Positions 1 to 10,767 of a DNA stretch of 64,000 nt are shown here, one piece after another. Position numbers and translations under genes: made by a program. How positions within the stretch are numbered: the first letter of the stretch is position 1; the number at the start of each line of letters is the position of its first letter. Below the pieces are notes generated by a model that was given only the letters and a program-made list of their open reading frames with translations, was not told the origin of the DNA and searched no databases. Location of the stretch: assembly GCA_040401995.1 (NCBI GenBank), contig JBBANM010000030.1, positions 3,390 through 67,389 of the forward strand. The letters are read 5' to 3'. Origin of the DNA: Saprospiraceae bacterium (GTDB lineage: Bacteria > Bacteroidota > Bacteroidia > Chitinophagales > Saprospiraceae).

Positions 1-40
1 TCATATAATTACTGGAAACTAGCTCAAACGGCAGGTAAAT

Positions 41-727
41 TTAGTCTGGACAAACAAATTGAAACCCAATTCCATGTACGTTTTCGATGCGGATGCGTTC
101 ATCTTTTTGTAAGTACTTGCGTAGGCGGGAAACAAATACATCCAAACTGCGCCCTAAAAAGTAGTCGTCTTCGCCCCAAAGTTGTTCTAAAATTGCCGCA
201 CGCCGTACCACCTGATGCCGGTTAGCAGCAAAATAGGAAAGCAAATTGGCTTCTTTTTGCGTTAAACGCCGCTCTTGGCCAAATCCATTAAGAATCAAGT
301 TAGCGGGATGGAAATCATATTGCCCAATGCGTAAAATAGACGGCGTAGGTGCATTGACTACATGCCGCCGCCGCAAAAAAATATCAATCTTTAGCAACAA
401 CTCTTCAATACTAAATGGCTTGGTAAGGTAATCGTCGGCGCCAATCTTCAAGCCATGGATGCGATCCTCTTTGAGCGATTTGGCGGTGATGAATAATATA
501 GGCGTCTCTTTGTCGTATTTGCGGATTTCCTCCGCGATGGTAAACCCATCTACCTCTGGAAGCATCACATCCAGAATGCAAAGATCAAACCGCTGTACAC
601 GCACTGCCTCCAAGGCTTTTTGGCCATCCTCAAAACAAGTAATTTGATAGCCTTCTTGTTCCAGATTATCTCGGGTTACAAAACTTAGGCTAGGATCGTC
701 CTCTACATATAAAAGGTGGGCTTTCAT
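41..727 (-). CDS. OmpR/PhoB-type two-component response regulator (receiver + winged-helix domain)
   Basis: 228-aa ORF. Receiver motifs 'LLYVEDDP', 'DLCILDVMLPEVDG', 'TKPF'. C-terminal winged helix 'LTQKEANLLSYF...DVFVSRLRKYL'. Its start overlaps the upstream kinase stop by 4 nt. Confidence 0.9.
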   Translation of the reverse strand: MKAHLLYVEDDPSLSFVTRDNLEQEGYQITCFEDGQKALEAVRVQRFDLCILDVMLPEVDGFTIAEEIRKYDKETPILFITAKSLKEDRIHGLKIGADDYLTKPFSIEELLLKIDIFLRRRHVVNAPTPSILRIGQYDFHPANLILNGFGQERRLTQKEANLLSYFAANRHQVVRRAAILEQLWGEDDYFLGRSLDVFVSRLRKYLQKDERIRIENVHGIGFQFVCPD

Positions 728-2037
728 TCCGATGATTGATTTGAGCTGTAGTAAGGTATTTTGATCAAAAACATACTTCCAATGCCGATTTCACTCAGCA
801 AAACGATTTTATAGCCATGTGCTGTACACACCCGGCGTACGTAATACAACCCCAGTCCAAAACCTTTCACGTTGTGCACATTGCCGGTGGGCACGCGATA
901 AAATTTTTCAAATACCTTCCCCTGGTGTTCTTTGGCAATCCCAATACCGTTATCGGCGATCGACAGATGAACCTCTTGCCCAACGATCCCTAGTTTGATG
1001 GTGATTTCGGGTATGGTGCGACAGTATTTTGTAGCATTGTCGATTAGGCTGTGCAATAAATTAGTCAGGTGGAAGCGATCGGCCCAAACCGGGCTGATGT
1101 CGTTTAATTCCAAGTGGATTGCCCCCCCTTTTTCTTGTACGCGTATACTCTCGCTCAGCGCCACTGTACGAATCAGTTCCGCCAAATCCAGTGGTTCTTT
1201 GCTCAATAAAAAGTGGTTTTGCTCAAAACGCGCTACCTGAAGCACGCGCTCTACTTGCGCATTAAGCCGACTATTTTGCTCGCGAATGATTCCGGCATAC
1301 TGAAACAAACGCTGATCGGCCTGCACATGATGGTTGTTCAAAAAAACATCGGCAGCAATCTGAATAGTCGATAACGGAGTTTTGAACTCATGGGTCATGT
1401 TGTTGATGAAATCTTTTTGCATTTCCGTTAAGCGTTTTTGTCGCAAAATGACAAATAAGGAATAAGCAAAAAATAACACAGTGATGAACAAAATACCGCT
1501 CAAGATCGCCGACAATTGCATTTTTCCAAACAAATAATTAGCACGAGTGGGAAACCTAACGCCAAAATAATAGGTAAATTCATGATCGGTGGGAAAAACA
1601 CCCAATTTTAAATCCCGTTTGCTTTTGGAAGAATAGCTACAGTAGTCGCCATAAACCATTTGTCGATTGGAGCAATCAAAAACCGCGTATTCAAAATCGA
1701 TGTTCAAGGCCATCGCTTCCAGTTCCCTTTGTAAAAAAAACTCCAACACGCTGGGGTCGATCTCAAACTCAGTGTTGACGATATAATAGTTGTTGCTCCG
1801 TTTTTTGATGAGGTTGCGCGGCGGCAGGGTGACGCTGTTGTAATCGGCCAGCGAGCGAGCTACCCGATACAATGCCCGATTGACTTTAATGTTGAATTCC
1901 TCTTCGTTGTTGTTCCAAGTATTCAGCACCCAATATGTTTGCAAGGCAATTATGCCAAGGATGGCAATGACCCCCAATACAAACACCCGAAGAATCTGAA
2001 TATCTTTCATTTGGCAAAGGTAAACCGAACTATTCAT
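724..2037 (-). CDS. Sensor histidine kinase (HisKA + HATPase_c)
   Basis: 437-aa ORF. Two hydrophobic segments, H-box 'NMTHEFKTPLSTI', N-box 'LIDNATKY', G-boxes 'DNGIGI' and 'GFGLGLYYV'. An alternative ATG lies at 2010. Confidence 0.9.
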   Translation of the reverse strand: MNSSVYLCQMKDIQILRVFVLGVIAILGIIALQTYWVLNTWNNNEEEFNIKVNRALYRVARSLADYNSVTLPPRNLIKKRSNNYYIVNTEFEIDPSVLEFFLQRELEAMALNIDFEYAVFDCSNRQMVYGDYCSYSSKSKRDLKLGVFPTDHEFTYYFGVRFPTRANYLFGKMQLSAILSGILFITVLFFAYSLFVILRQKRLTEMQKDFINNMTHEFKTPLSTIQIAADVFLNNHHVQADQRLFQYAGIIREQNSRLNAQVERVLQVARFEQNHFLLSKEPLDLAELIRTVALSESIRVQEKGGAIHLELNDISPVWADRFHLTNLLHSLIDNATKYCRTIPEITIKLGIVGQEVHLSIADNGIGIAKEHQGKVFEKFYRVPTGNVHNVKGFGLGLYYVRRVCTAHGYKIVLLSEIGIGSMFLIKIPYYSSNQSSE

Positions 2038-2071
2038 CCCCAGTAAACGGATTAACAGCTCGTTAACAAAG

Positions 2072-2105
2072 TTTGTTGGGCATTAGCAAAGATGTACTAA
2101 CTTTG
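2072..2105 (+). promoter_or_regulatory. Candidate Bacteroidota-type promoter (TTTG ... TAnnTTTG) for the DUF1573 gene
   Basis: 'tttg' at 2072-2075 and 'taactttg' at 2098-2105 (exact TAnnTTTG), 37 nt upstream of the ATG at 2142. The spacer is 22 nt, slightly longer than the canonical 19-21. Confidence 0.35.
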
Positions 2106-2141
2106 TACACCGAACATTTTCCATAAGAAAACCAACAAATC

Positions 2142-2573
2142 ATGAGAATCGTACTTGCTTTGTTTTTGTTCATTGGCAGTTACACCTTATCACTAGCTCA
2201 AACGGAGACCAATTTGACTGCAACGCCCAATGCTAAACACAAACAAAAAAAAGCAGAAAAGAAAAAAGGGGGTGCTGTTATTTGGGACAAATTGGAACAT
2301 GATTTTGGTACCATCAAACAAGATGTGCCAGCAAAGGCAGTTTTTAAGCTTAAAAATAAAACCAAATTGCCCCTTTTACTTACTACCGTACAAGCTTCTT
2401 GCGGTTGTACTGCCACCGGCTATAGCAAAAAAACCATCAAACCCGGAAAAAGTACCGAAATCAGTGCTACCTATGATGCTCATGTCAAAGGGCCTTTTAC
2501 TAAAACCATCTCCGTATTGACCAATTTGAGTACCGAGCAGGTGATTTTGCGAATCCGCGGCACTGTAGAATAA
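2142..2573 (+). CDS. DUF1573 domain protein, secreted
   Basis: 143 aa with a signal peptide. 'WDKLEHDFGTIKQD...FKLKN...LLLTTVQASCGCTA' is the characteristic DUF1573 core. Confidence 0.8.
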   Translation: MRIVLALFLFIGSYTLSLAQTETNLTATPNAKHKQKKAEKKKGGAVIWDKLEHDFGTIKQDVPAKAVFKLKNKTKLPLLLTTVQASCGCTATGYSKKTIKPGKSTEISATYDAHVKGPFTKTISVLTNLSTEQVILRIRGTVE

Positions 2574-2686
2574 GTCGGCCACGATGAAGAAATGTCGCGA
2601 TTATTCAAAAAAACCAACGTGAATATTGTCGCTTCATCCCCTTTCAACACTTAATACAAGATTCTTGCTGAAAAAACACAGAAAAG

Positions 2687-3646
2687 ATGTATTTTTGCGG
2701 CAAGTTAACTAGGGCCGCAATTTTGATACAACATCGCATTAACCGGATTATCGTTTTTTTCCTATTTGCTTGTCTATGGGGCAACACCTTATTAGCACAA
2801 CAGGAGGAGAACCCTTTTGAGTTGACCTATCGACTCAAAAGGCAGATTGCTGTGTTGGATCCTGCGGTTAAGGCCAATCCATTTGAGATTCTGGTTCGAC
2901 CCAATAAAAACAAGGTCGTTTTGAACCCCCAGCCTGGCGCTACTGCTTTTACTCCTCGTCCGGCCGCGCCGCGCATACGCAAGCCCATTTCGCCAGAAGC
3001 CATGTTACAACGGGTGAAATTTGGCGTTGTTACCGGAACTTTACTTTTTCTAGCGTTTTTAATGACGCTGCTGCGCAATCAAGTCCAAAAAACAGCTCAG
3101 GCATTTTTGAGCGACAACTGGCTCAATCAGCTCTTCCGCGAACAAGCGGGTAGAGGCATTTTGCCTTTTTTGTTGTTGTATAGCTTGTTCATGCTCAATG
3201 CGGGCATCTTCTTGTTCTTTTTGCTGCGCTATTTCCAGGTCAATTTACCGGGAAATTTTCTTTTGCAGATATCCGGGTGTATCGGAATTATAATTATCGC
3301 TTTTTTGTTGAAACATATCGTGATTTCGATGATAGGATATATTTTTCCTGTGCATAAAGAAACTGAGAGATACAATTTTTTGATTATAGTTTTTGGGATC
3401 ATCATTGGCTTGGCACTGGTACCGATCAACGTTTTGCTGGCCTATGGGCCTCCAAACATCGCGCCTTTCCTGGTGTTTGGCGCCTTAGCGTTTCTGGGAG
3501 CAACTTATGTTTTCCGAACGCTGCGGAGTCTGATCATCGCTAATCGTTTTTTGATGTTTTACCAATTTCACTTTTTGTTGTATATTTGCACCGTTGAGAT
3601 TGCACCTATTTTAGTTGGCCTAAAGTTGGCGCTCAACTTCAACTAA
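2687..3646 (+). CDS. DUF4271-like multi-pass membrane protein
   Basis: 319 aa with several C-terminal hydrophobic helices. It lies immediately upstream of hemD, the arrangement I know for DUF4271 in Bacteroidota. Confidence 0.65.
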   Translation: MYFCGKLTRAAILIQHRINRIIVFFLFACLWGNTLLAQQEENPFELTYRLKRQIAVLDPAVKANPFEILVRPNKNKVVLNPQPGATAFTPRPAAPRIRKPISPEAMLQRVKFGVVTGTLLFLAFLMTLLRNQVQKTAQAFLSDNWLNQLFREQAGRGILPFLLLYSLFMLNAGIFLFFLLRYFQVNLPGNFLLQISGCIGIIIIAFLLKHIVISMIGYIFPVHKETERYNFLIIVFGIIIGLALVPINVLLAYGPPNIAPFLVFGALAFLGATYVFRTLRSLIIANRFLMFYQFHFLLYICTVEIAPILVGLKLALNFN

Positions 3647-3691
3647 AGTAGATAATTTGCAATTTGCGGTAGATTACCAAAAATAATTTGC

Positions 3692-4477
3692 ATGGCAGCT
3701 AACGTAATGGTACAATTGGAAACCTTTAAACGTGTAAAAACGATACTCGTTTCCCAACCTAAACCAGACCGATCTCCTTATTACGATCTGGAGAAGCGAT
3801 ACAACCTACAAATCGACTGGCGTACTTTTAGCCACGTTGAAGCGGTAGACGCAAAAGATTTTCGGCGCCAACGCATTCGCCTGGAAGAATACACAGCGGT
3901 AATCTTGAACAGCAAAAATGCAGTGGACCACTTCTTTCGCGTATGTGAAGAGATGCGCGTGAAAATGTCGCAAGAAACCAAGTACTTCTGCTTGACCGAA
4001 GCCATCGCCAACTACTTGCAGAAGTTCATCGTTTACCGGAAAAGAAAGGTGTTTGTCGGCACCCGCGTCATTGAAGATTTAGGAGCTTACCTTAAAAAAC
4101 ACAAAGGGGAAAAGTTTTTACTGCCTTGTTCCAACCTTGGCGCTAAAGACATCAGCAAGTACCTCGACGACAATGGGCTCAATTGGAAAGAAGCCAACAT
4201 GTACAACACCGTAAGTTCTGACCTCTCCGACTTGAGCGATGTGACTTATGATGTACTGGTGTTTTTCAGCCCCTTGTGCATCCAGTCGCTGTACGATAAC
4301 TTCCCCGATTTCAAGCAAAATGATACCCGCATCGCTGTTTTTGGCAATACCACCAAAAAAGCAGTAGAAGAACGCGGTCTCACTGTCAACATCAATGCGC
4401 CAGCGCCAGAGATTCCGTCGATGACCCGCGCCTTGGAGTTGTACCTACTTAAATCCAATAAGGAAGACAACCAATAA
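3692..4477 (+). CDS. hemD: Uroporphyrinogen-III synthase
   Basis: 261 aa. 'ILVSQPKP...SPYYDLEKRYNLQIDWRTFSHVEAV...AVILNSKNAVDHFFRVCEEMRV' closely matches Bacteroidota HemD N-termini as I recall them. Confidence 0.75.
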   Translation: MAANVMVQLETFKRVKTILVSQPKPDRSPYYDLEKRYNLQIDWRTFSHVEAVDAKDFRRQRIRLEEYTAVILNSKNAVDHFFRVCEEMRVKMSQETKYFCLTEAIANYLQKFIVYRKRKVFVGTRVIEDLGAYLKKHKGEKFLLPCSNLGAKDISKYLDDNGLNWKEANMYNTVSSDLSDLSDVTYDVLVFFSPLCIQSLYDNFPDFKQNDTRIAVFGNTTKKAVEERGLTVNINAPAPEIPSMTRALELYLLKSNKEDNQ

Positions 4478-4528
4478 TGCTGTAACCGATCGTTTTTGAT
4501 CGCTTACAGTACGTTTTTCCACGCAAAA

Positions 4529-4568
4529 CCCTGATAAATGCCTTTCGTTTATCAGGGTTTTTTATTTT
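4529..4568 (+). terminator. Rho-independent terminator after hemD
   Basis: Stem 'ccctgataaa' (4529-4538) pairs with 'tttatcaggg' (4548-4557), followed by 'ttttttatttt'. Confidence 0.7.
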
Positions 4569-4601
4569 CAACCTTCCCTTCCACGGTTTGTTAATGCTTT
4601 T

Positions 4602-5237
4602 ATGAAAAACGATTTTATCCAGCTCATCGAAACGCGTCTTCAACAACCGCTACCTGGCGAAGCGGCGCAGTTTCGAATGGCACATCCTCAACGACGCACT
4701 AGTTTAGCTACCCCGCCACAAGCAACGGCTTCGGCGGTACTGGCGCTTTTTTTTCCAAAAAATGAAGCGTGGCACCTGGTTTTTATTGAACGTGAATCCA
4801 GCAACCACAACGACAAACACAAGGGGCAAATCAGTTTCCCTGGTGGCCGTTTTGATGATACGGATGTTGTTCTGGATCGTACCGCTTTGCGGGAAGCAGA
4901 GGAAGAAGTAGGCGTTGATCCCAGCACGGTTCGCCTCTTGGGTCAACTTACCGAGTTGTACATCCCCATCAGCAATTTTAAAGTGAATCCGTATGTGGGC
5001 GTAGTGGATTATCATCCCAAATTTAAACCGCAGGTTTCGGAGGTTAAATCCATTCTTGAAGTCCCTTTCCAACATTTTCAAGATCCAAAAAATGAAGGCC
5101 TCACCACGGTAACGGTTGGCAATAACTTAGTTCTGAAAGACATCCCTTATTTTGACATCGAGGGAAAAACGCTCTGGGGCGCCACCGCAATGATGTTGAG
5201 CGAATTGCTGGAGATTGTCGGAAATTCGCCCATTTGA
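4602..5237 (+). CDS. NUDIX hydrolase (CoA pyrophosphatase-like)
   Basis: 211 aa. Nudix box 'FPGGRFDDTDVVLDRTALREAEEEVGV'. Confidence 0.8.
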   Translation: MKNDFIQLIETRLQQPLPGEAAQFRMAHPQRRTSLATPPQATASAVLALFFPKNEAWHLVFIERESSNHNDKHKGQISFPGGRFDDTDVVLDRTALREAEEEVGVDPSTVRLLGQLTELYIPISNFKVNPYVGVVDYHPKFKPQVSEVKSILEVPFQHFQDPKNEGLTTVTVGNNLVLKDIPYFDIEGKTLWGATAMMLSELLEIVGNSPI

Positions 5238-5252
5238 TTGTGCTTCTCATTA

Positions 5253-5409
5253 GGAATGGGTGAATAATAAAGTGCCATTTTAGCCGCCGCTATTTTGCAG
5301 TCAATCGACTATCTTTTGAGGCGAATAGCAGCGCTATTTAACGAAAAAGATAGGAAGAGTGGCGGTGAAAGAGCAAGGATAAAGTGGTAGTTTATTGTTT
5401 AACCATTCC
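5253..5409 (+). mobile_element. 157-bp MITE copy 1 (forward orientation, apical subfamily A)
   Basis: Nested palindrome 'ggaatgggtgaataataaagtg...tttattgtttaaccattcc'. It is flanked by 'tta' at 5250-5252 and 'tta' at 5410-5412. Confidence 0.8.
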
Positions 5410-5442
5410 TTAACTTGGCGGCAGATTTAAAAATCCCTTGCT

Positions 5443-8400
5443 ATGACTGCCATTTCTGCCTACGTCCCCAAAAATAAGATCCGCCTCGTAACCGCCGCTT
5501 CGCTTTTTGACGGTCATGATGCGGCCATCAACATCATGCGGCGCATGCTCCAAAGCTCGGGCGCAGAAGTCATCCACCTCGGGCACAACCGCTCAGTGCA
5601 AGACATTGTGGATACTGCTATTCAAGAGGATGTGCAAGGTATTGCACTCACTTCCTACCAAGGCGGGCACAACGAGTTTTTTAGATACATGTACGATCTG
5701 TTACGGGAAAAAGGCGCCGGGCACATCAAGATTTTTGGCGGCGGGGGCGGCACTATTTTGCCTACCGAAATCGAAGAACTCCAACAATATGGCATCGCCC
5801 GCATCTACGCTCCCGACGACGGCCGACGCATGGGACTCCAAGGCATGATCAACGATTTATTATCGCAGTGCGACTTTCCGGTAGGGCAAAAACTAGACAG
5901 CGAATTGGAAACCATCGGCAGCGATAACCCGCATGCCATCGCCCGACTTATTTCGGCCCTCGAAAATTATCCGGAAGCAAATCGCAACTGGCAAGAAAAA
6001 CTCCACCAGCAGGTTGCTTCCCAAAAAATTCCCGTACTGGGCATCACTGGCACCGGCGGCGCAGGAAAATCCAGCTTGGTGGATGAACTGGTGCGGCGTT
6101 TTTTATTGGATTTTCCCGACAAAAAAATTGGCATCCTTTCTGTTGATCCTTCCAAACGCAAAACCGGCGGCGCACTCTTGGGCGACCGCATCCGCATGAA
6201 CGCAGTGGCGAACCCACGTGTGTACATGCGCTCCCTCGCAACCCGCCAGGCCAATTTGGCGCTCTCCAAACATGTAGGTGGCGCGGTGGATGTGCTCAAA
6301 GCGGCAGGGTTTGACCTTATCTTACTCGAAACCTCCGGCATTGGCCAGTCCGATACTGAAATTGTTGAGCACTCTGATGCGGCCTTGTATGTGATGACGC
6401 CCGAATTTGGCGCCGCTACCCAGCTGGAAAAAATTGACATGATTGATTTTGCCGACCTCATCTCTATCAACAAATTCGACAAACGCGGTGCGCTTGATGC
6501 CCTCCGCGATGTACGCAAGCAATACCAACGCGCCCATTTGGCCTGGGAAAAACCCTTGGAGGAAATGCCCGTTTTTGGCACCATTGCCGCCCAATTCAAC
6601 GATCCAGGAATGAATGCCTTGTACAGCGGCATCCTCAATGTGTTGAGAGAAAAAACTGGTGTTATTTTTGCCAGCAGCCTGGTTGCATCAACGCAACTGT
6701 CGGAAAAGATCTACATCATCCCGCCCAGTCGGGTACGCTACTTGTCGGAAATTGCTGAAAAAATCCGTGAATATAATCATTGGACGGAACGGCAAGCAGA
6801 TTTGGCCAACGCCTACCAGGCACTGAGCACTACCGCTCAATTGTTGCCCGAGGAGAATGACGCCCAAGCAATCATCGAAAAACTGCTGGCCGAAAAAAAG
6901 ATGGACTTAGATCGTCGCAGCCTTCAAGTGTTGGAGCAATGGGAGCAAAAAAAGACCCAATACCAAGGTGAAGAATACATCTACCAAGTGCGGGGCAAAG
7001 ACATTCGGGTAAAAACTTATACCGAAAGTTTGTCGCACACCAAAATCCCCAAAGTAGCCACTCCAAGTTATCACAGTTGGGGCGATCGTTTGCGCTGGGC
7101 GTTTCAGGAAAATTATCCAGGTGAATTCCCTTACGCGGCAGGCGTTTTCCCTTTCAAACGTCAAAACGAAGACCCCACGCGCATGTTTGCGGGCGAGGGC
7201 GGCCCCGAGCGTACCAACCGCCGTTTTCATTACCTTTCTTTAGGCATGCCCGCCAACCGCTTGTCGACGGCTTTTGATTCCGTCACTTTGTACGGCGAAG
7301 ACCCCGATCTGCGTCCCGATATTTATGGCAAAATTGGCAACTCGGGCGTAAGCGTTTGTTGCTTGGACGATGTCAAAAAACTCTACTCCGGTTTTGACCT
7401 TAGCGATCCCAAAACCTCCGTGTCGATGACGATCAATGGCCCTGCTGCCACCATCGCTGCGTTTTTTATGAACGCCGCAGTTGATCAGCAATGCGAAAAA
7501 TACATTCGCGCCGAAGGGTTGGAACAAGAGGTAGAAAAAAAACTCCAGCAGCGCTATGAAGCTCGCGGCCTACAGCGCCCCCGTTATCAGGGCGACTTAC
7601 CGGAAGGCAATAACGGACTTGGGCTTTTACTACTCGGCGTCACTGGCGACCAGGTATTAGAGCCCGCTGTTTATGAAAAAATAAAAGCGCAGACCCTCTC
7701 CGCAGTGCGGGGTACCGTGCAAGCCGATATCCTCAAAGAAGACCAGGCGCAGAATACCTGTATTTTTTCCACTGAATTTTCACTGCGTTTGATGGGCGAT
7801 ATGCAAGCCTATTTCGTAGAGCAGCAGGTGCGCAATTTTTATTCGGTGTCCATTTCTGGTTACCATATTGCGGAAGCAGGCGCTAATCCCATTTCGCAAT
7901 TGGCGTTCACCTTATCCAATGGGTTTACTTTTGTGGAGTACTATCTTTCACGGGGCATGCACATCGACGATTTTGCCCCCAACCTGTCTTTCTTTTTTTC
8001 CAACGGCGTAGATCCAGAATATGCGGTGATTGGAAGGGTAGCGCGCAAAATTTGGGCCAAGGCGATGAAAGAAAAATACGGCGCCAACGAACGCTCGCAA
8101 ATGCTCAAATACCACATCCAGACCTCCGGTCGCTCGCTGCATGCTCAAGAAATTGCCTTCAACGACATTCGCACTACCCTGCAAGCTCTTTATGCCATTT
8201 ACGATAATTGCAATTCCCTGCATACCAACGCCTATGATGAAGCCATCACCACGCCAACCGAAGAAAGCGTGCGGCGGGCTTTGGCCATTCAGCTGATCAT
8301 CAACCACGAGTTGGGTTTGGCCAAAAACGAAAACCCACTCCAAGGTGCGTTCATCATCGAAACATTGACCGAATTGGTGGAGGAAGCGGTACTGGCCGAA

Positions 8401-8823
8401 TTTGACCGCATCACCGAACGCGGCGGGGTGCTGGGCGCCATGGAAACCATGTACCAACGCGGAAAAATCCAGGAAGAAAGCCTGTACTATGAAACCCTGA
8501 AACACAATGGCGAGCTGCCGATCATTGGGGTAAATACTTTTTTGAGCAGCGAGGGCTCCCCTACCGTTACGCCCAATCAAGTTATTCGCGCCAATACCGC
8601 CGAAAAGGAAGAACAAATCGCGGCTTTGGAGGGACTGAAAGCGGCACAAGCCCCCCTGTCAGGTTACCCGGAATTCACGGCAATAACCCGTCAAATCCAA
8701 ACCACTGCCCTACAAAACGACAACCTTTTTGCCACCTTGATGGAAGCAACAAAATGGTGCTCCCTGGGGCAGATTACCCAAGTACTGTATGAGGTTGGCG
8801 GCCAATACCGCCGAAACATGTAA
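5443..8823 (+). CDS. icmF: Fused isobutyryl-CoA mutase (B12-binding domain + MeaB-like GTPase + mutase domain)
   Basis: 1126 aa. N-terminal B12 motif '[11 protein letters not shown]', P-loop '[17 protein letters not shown]', and a long C-terminal methylmalonyl-CoA-mutase-like domain. Confidence 0.9.
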   Translation: MTAISAYVPKNKIRLVTAASLFDGHDAAINIMRRMLQSSGAEVIHLGHNRSVQDIVDTAIQEDVQGIALTSYQGGHNEFFRYMYDLLREKGAGHIKIFGGGGGTILPTEIEELQQYGIARIYAPDDGRRMGLQGMINDLLSQCDFPVGQKLDSELETIGSDNPHAIARLISALENYPEANRNWQEKLHQQVASQKIPVLGITGTGGAGKSSLVDELVRRFLLDFPDKKIGILSVDPSKRKTGGALLGDRIRMNAVANPRVYMRSLATRQANLALSKHVGGAVDVLKAAGFDLILLETSGIGQSDTEIVEHSDAALYVMTPEFGAATQLEKIDMIDFADLISINKFDKRGALDALRDVRKQYQRAHLAWEKPLEEMPVFGTIAAQFNDPGMNALYSGILNVLREKTGVIFASSLVASTQLSEKIYIIPPSRVRYLSEIAEKIREYNHWTERQADLANAYQALSTTAQLLPEENDAQAIIEKLLAEKKMDLDRRSLQVLEQWEQKKTQYQGEEYIYQVRGKDIRVKTYTESLSHTKIPKVATPSYHSWGDRLRWAFQENYPGEFPYAAGVFPFKRQNEDPTRMFAGEGGPERTNRRFHYLSLGMPANRLSTAFDSVTLYGEDPDLRPDIYGKIGNSGVSVCCLDDVKKLYSGFDLSDPKTSVSMTINGPAATIAAFFMNAAVDQQCEKYIRAEGLEQEVEKKLQQRYEARGLQRPRYQGDLPEGNNGLGLLLLGVTGDQVLEPAVYEKIKAQTLSAVRGTVQADILKEDQAQNTCIFSTEFSLRLMGDMQAYFVEQQVRNFYSVSISGYHIAEAGANPISQLAFTLSNGFTFVEYYLSRGMHIDDFAPNLSFFFSNGVDPEYAVIGRVARKIWAKAMKEKYGANERSQMLKYHIQTSGRSLHAQEIAFNDIRTTLQALYAIYDNCNSLHTNAYDEAITTPTEESVRRALAIQLIINHELGLAKNENPLQGAFIIETLTELVEEAVLAEFDRITERGGVLGAMETMYQRGKIQEESLYYETLKHNGELPIIGVNTFLSSEGSPTVTPNQVIRANTAEKEEQIAALEGLKAAQAPLSGYPEFTAITRQIQTTALQNDNLFATLMEATKWCSLGQITQVLYEVGGQYRRNM

Positions 8824-9110
8824 CCGTTTTTAGGGCATAAAAAAATTCATTACATCAACTTGTCAGGGTTGAGCTATTTTTTTTCGTCTCTACTACCAAT
8901 CAAAATAATACGTATCTTTGCTAGCGCACTCCGAAAAAAACACATCATCCCAATTCCCCTATTACTGATTACCTATTGGTTAATGGCAGCAAGCTTCATT
9001 AGCGGGTTGCACTGTACTTGAGCAAGACTACTTCTTGATTTTAGGTTTTGAGACATTGCATTTCAATGTTTTAACGCTTGCTTATTCACCAAACATCAGT
9101 CCAGTTTTAA

Positions 9111-10202
9111 ATGGAAAAAATCAAATTCGCTAGTCTCGATACTAGTCAGCGGGACTTCAGTCTTGCGCTACGCCGCAATGTTAATGCTTATTTCAAGGAG
9201 CGCGGCATCTCTACCAAAGCCAATTCGACCATGATCGTGAAATCGATCGTTATGTTGAGCGTCTACTTGATACCATTTGTATTGATCCTCACCGTACCTA
9301 TGAGTCCTTGGGTTGCATTGGCTTTAACCATAATCATGGGGCTGGGCGTATCTGGAATTGGTATGAGCGTGATGCACGATGCTTTACACGGCGCTTACTC
9401 CAATCACAAATGGGTCAATCGCCTAATGGGCAGCACTTTATATCTTTTAGGCAGCAATGTTTTCAATTGGAAGATACAACACAACGTTTTGCACCATTCC
9501 TTTACCAACATCGATGGACAAGACGAAGACATAGGCAACAAAGGCCCCATCCGTTTGTCGGATCACAAACCTTTGAAGAAGATCCACTATTATCAGCATA
9601 TCCACGCCTTTTTCTTTTATGGCTTGATGACCATTTTTAAGTTGGTTAAAGAATTCATCAATTTGGGGAAATACCTCAAAATAGAGCAGGCTGGCGAAGA
9701 AAAAACCAACCCAGTGGTGGAATACACCAAGATGATTGGCTTCAAGGTCGTTTACCTTTTGCTGATCATCGGTTTACCGTTGTGGCTAACCTCGTTTAGC
9801 TGGTGGCAGGTGTTGGTGGGTTTCATCGCGATGCACTGGGTGGCAGGTTTGGTGCTGAGTACAGTTTTCCAATTGGCCCACGTGGTAGAAGGCGCCGAGC
9901 AACCTTTACCTAGTCCAACCGGCTTGATGGAAAACGACTGGGTGGTTCATGAGTTATTGACCACTGCCAACTTTGCGCGCGACAACCGGTTTTTGAACTG
10001 GTGTCTCGGGGGGTTGAATTTCCAGATCGAACACCACTTGTTTCCGCATATTTGCCATGTACACTACCGCAATATTTCACCAATTGTGGAGCGCACCGCG
10101 CAGGAGTACGGTTTTTCTTACAACCTGAAACCTTCGTTTAGCAATGCACTGGTATCGCATGTGCGGAGGTTGAAGGAATTGGGACGGGAGAAGGCGTCGT
10201 GA
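9111..10202 (+). CDS. Membrane fatty-acid desaturase
   Basis: 363 aa. Three histidine boxes 'HDALHG', 'HNVLHH' and 'QIEHHLFP', plus hydrophobic helices. Confidence 0.85.
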   Translation: MEKIKFASLDTSQRDFSLALRRNVNAYFKERGISTKANSTMIVKSIVMLSVYLIPFVLILTVPMSPWVALALTIIMGLGVSGIGMSVMHDALHGAYSNHKWVNRLMGSTLYLLGSNVFNWKIQHNVLHHSFTNIDGQDEDIGNKGPIRLSDHKPLKKIHYYQHIHAFFFYGLMTIFKLVKEFINLGKYLKIEQAGEEKTNPVVEYTKMIGFKVVYLLLIIGLPLWLTSFSWWQVLVGFIAMHWVAGLVLSTVFQLAHVVEGAEQPLPSPTGLMENDWVVHELLTTANFARDNRFLNWCLGGLNFQIEHHLFPHICHVHYRNISPIVERTAQEYGFSYNLKPSFSNALVSHVRRLKELGREKAS

Positions 10203-10232
10203 GGATAAAATAATCGCAATGATTGCCGATAA

Positions 10233-10276
10233 AAAAGGGGAGGGAACCGCATTGGTTTTCTCCCCTTTTGTGTTTG
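10233..10276 (+). terminator. Rho-independent terminator after the desaturase gene
   Basis: Stem 'aaaaggggag' (10233-10242) pairs with 'ctcccctttt' (10260-10269), then 'gtgtttg'. Confidence 0.6.
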
Positions 10277-10407
10277 AAAAGGAATTACCATTAAAAACAG
10301 CAACATTGAAAAAGATGTAGTATTTTGATTGCAAGAAAAAAATATAGAAACAGAAAGATCAATCATAGCAGCAAAGCGAATCATTCACCAAAATAAATAG
10401 CCTCCAA

Positions 10408-10767
10408 ATGTCTAGAAAAATTGTCTCCATTGAATCCGATGACCTCGGCACGCTCTATTTTGAAGCCAATGACTACAACGTAGCCGATACTGGAAACTCC
10501 CGCGGAAGTGGTGGTTTAGAAAAAATTGGTCGCAAAGACGTCCCCGATGGCCGCTTCGAAACCGCACTGGGCACCATTAAAAAAGTAGCCGAAAAAGTGG
10601 TAGCGCAAATTCGAAGCATCGAAAACATTCCTGATGAAGTGGAATGCAAAATTGGCGTCACCTTTAGCGCGGATGCCAATGTCATTTTTTCTAAGATTGG
10701 CACCGAATGCAATCTGGAGCTCACCTTAAAATGGATCAAAGAAAAACCTGCTAAACCACAAGCTTAA
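10408..10767 (+). CDS. Small cytoplasmic protein resembling trypsin-co-occurring (Trypco2 / CU044_2847-like) partner proteins
   Basis: 119 aa with no signal peptide or TM segment. The layout is 'IVSIESDDLGTLYFEA', then a Gly/Ser/Arg/Lys linker, then 'PDEVECKIGVTFSADANVIFSKIGTECNLELTLKW'. Its stop TAA (10765-10767) overlaps the ATG of the next gene. Confidence 0.7.
   Translation: MSRKIVSIESDDLGTLYFEANDYNVADTGNSRGSGGLEKIGRKDVPDGRFETALGTIKKVAEKVVAQIRSIENIPDEVECKIGVTFSADANVIFSKIGTECNLELTLKWIKEKPAKPQA

Noticed and set aside
5238-5442. Possible cobalamin riboswitch upstream of the B12-dependent icmF
   Set aside because: The gap is almost entirely occupied by MITE copy 1 (5253-5409). I could not find a B12-box-like core outside it.
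5967-6638. 223-aa minus-strand ORF (and 7948-8649, 233 aa) inside icmF
   Set aside because: These are antisense shadow ORFs in a GC-rich coding region. The products are Ala/Arg/Ser/Pro-rich with no recognisable motifs, and the plus-strand IcmF reading frame is unambiguous.
8913-8920. An exact TAnnTTTG motif ('tatctttg') upstream of the desaturase gene as a promoter -7 box
   Set aside because: There is no matching TTTG at the expected -33 spacing, and it would imply a ~190-nt leader. I consider it too weak to call as a feature. A similar near-miss ('tattttg', one base short) lies upstream of the STAND cassette at about 10322.
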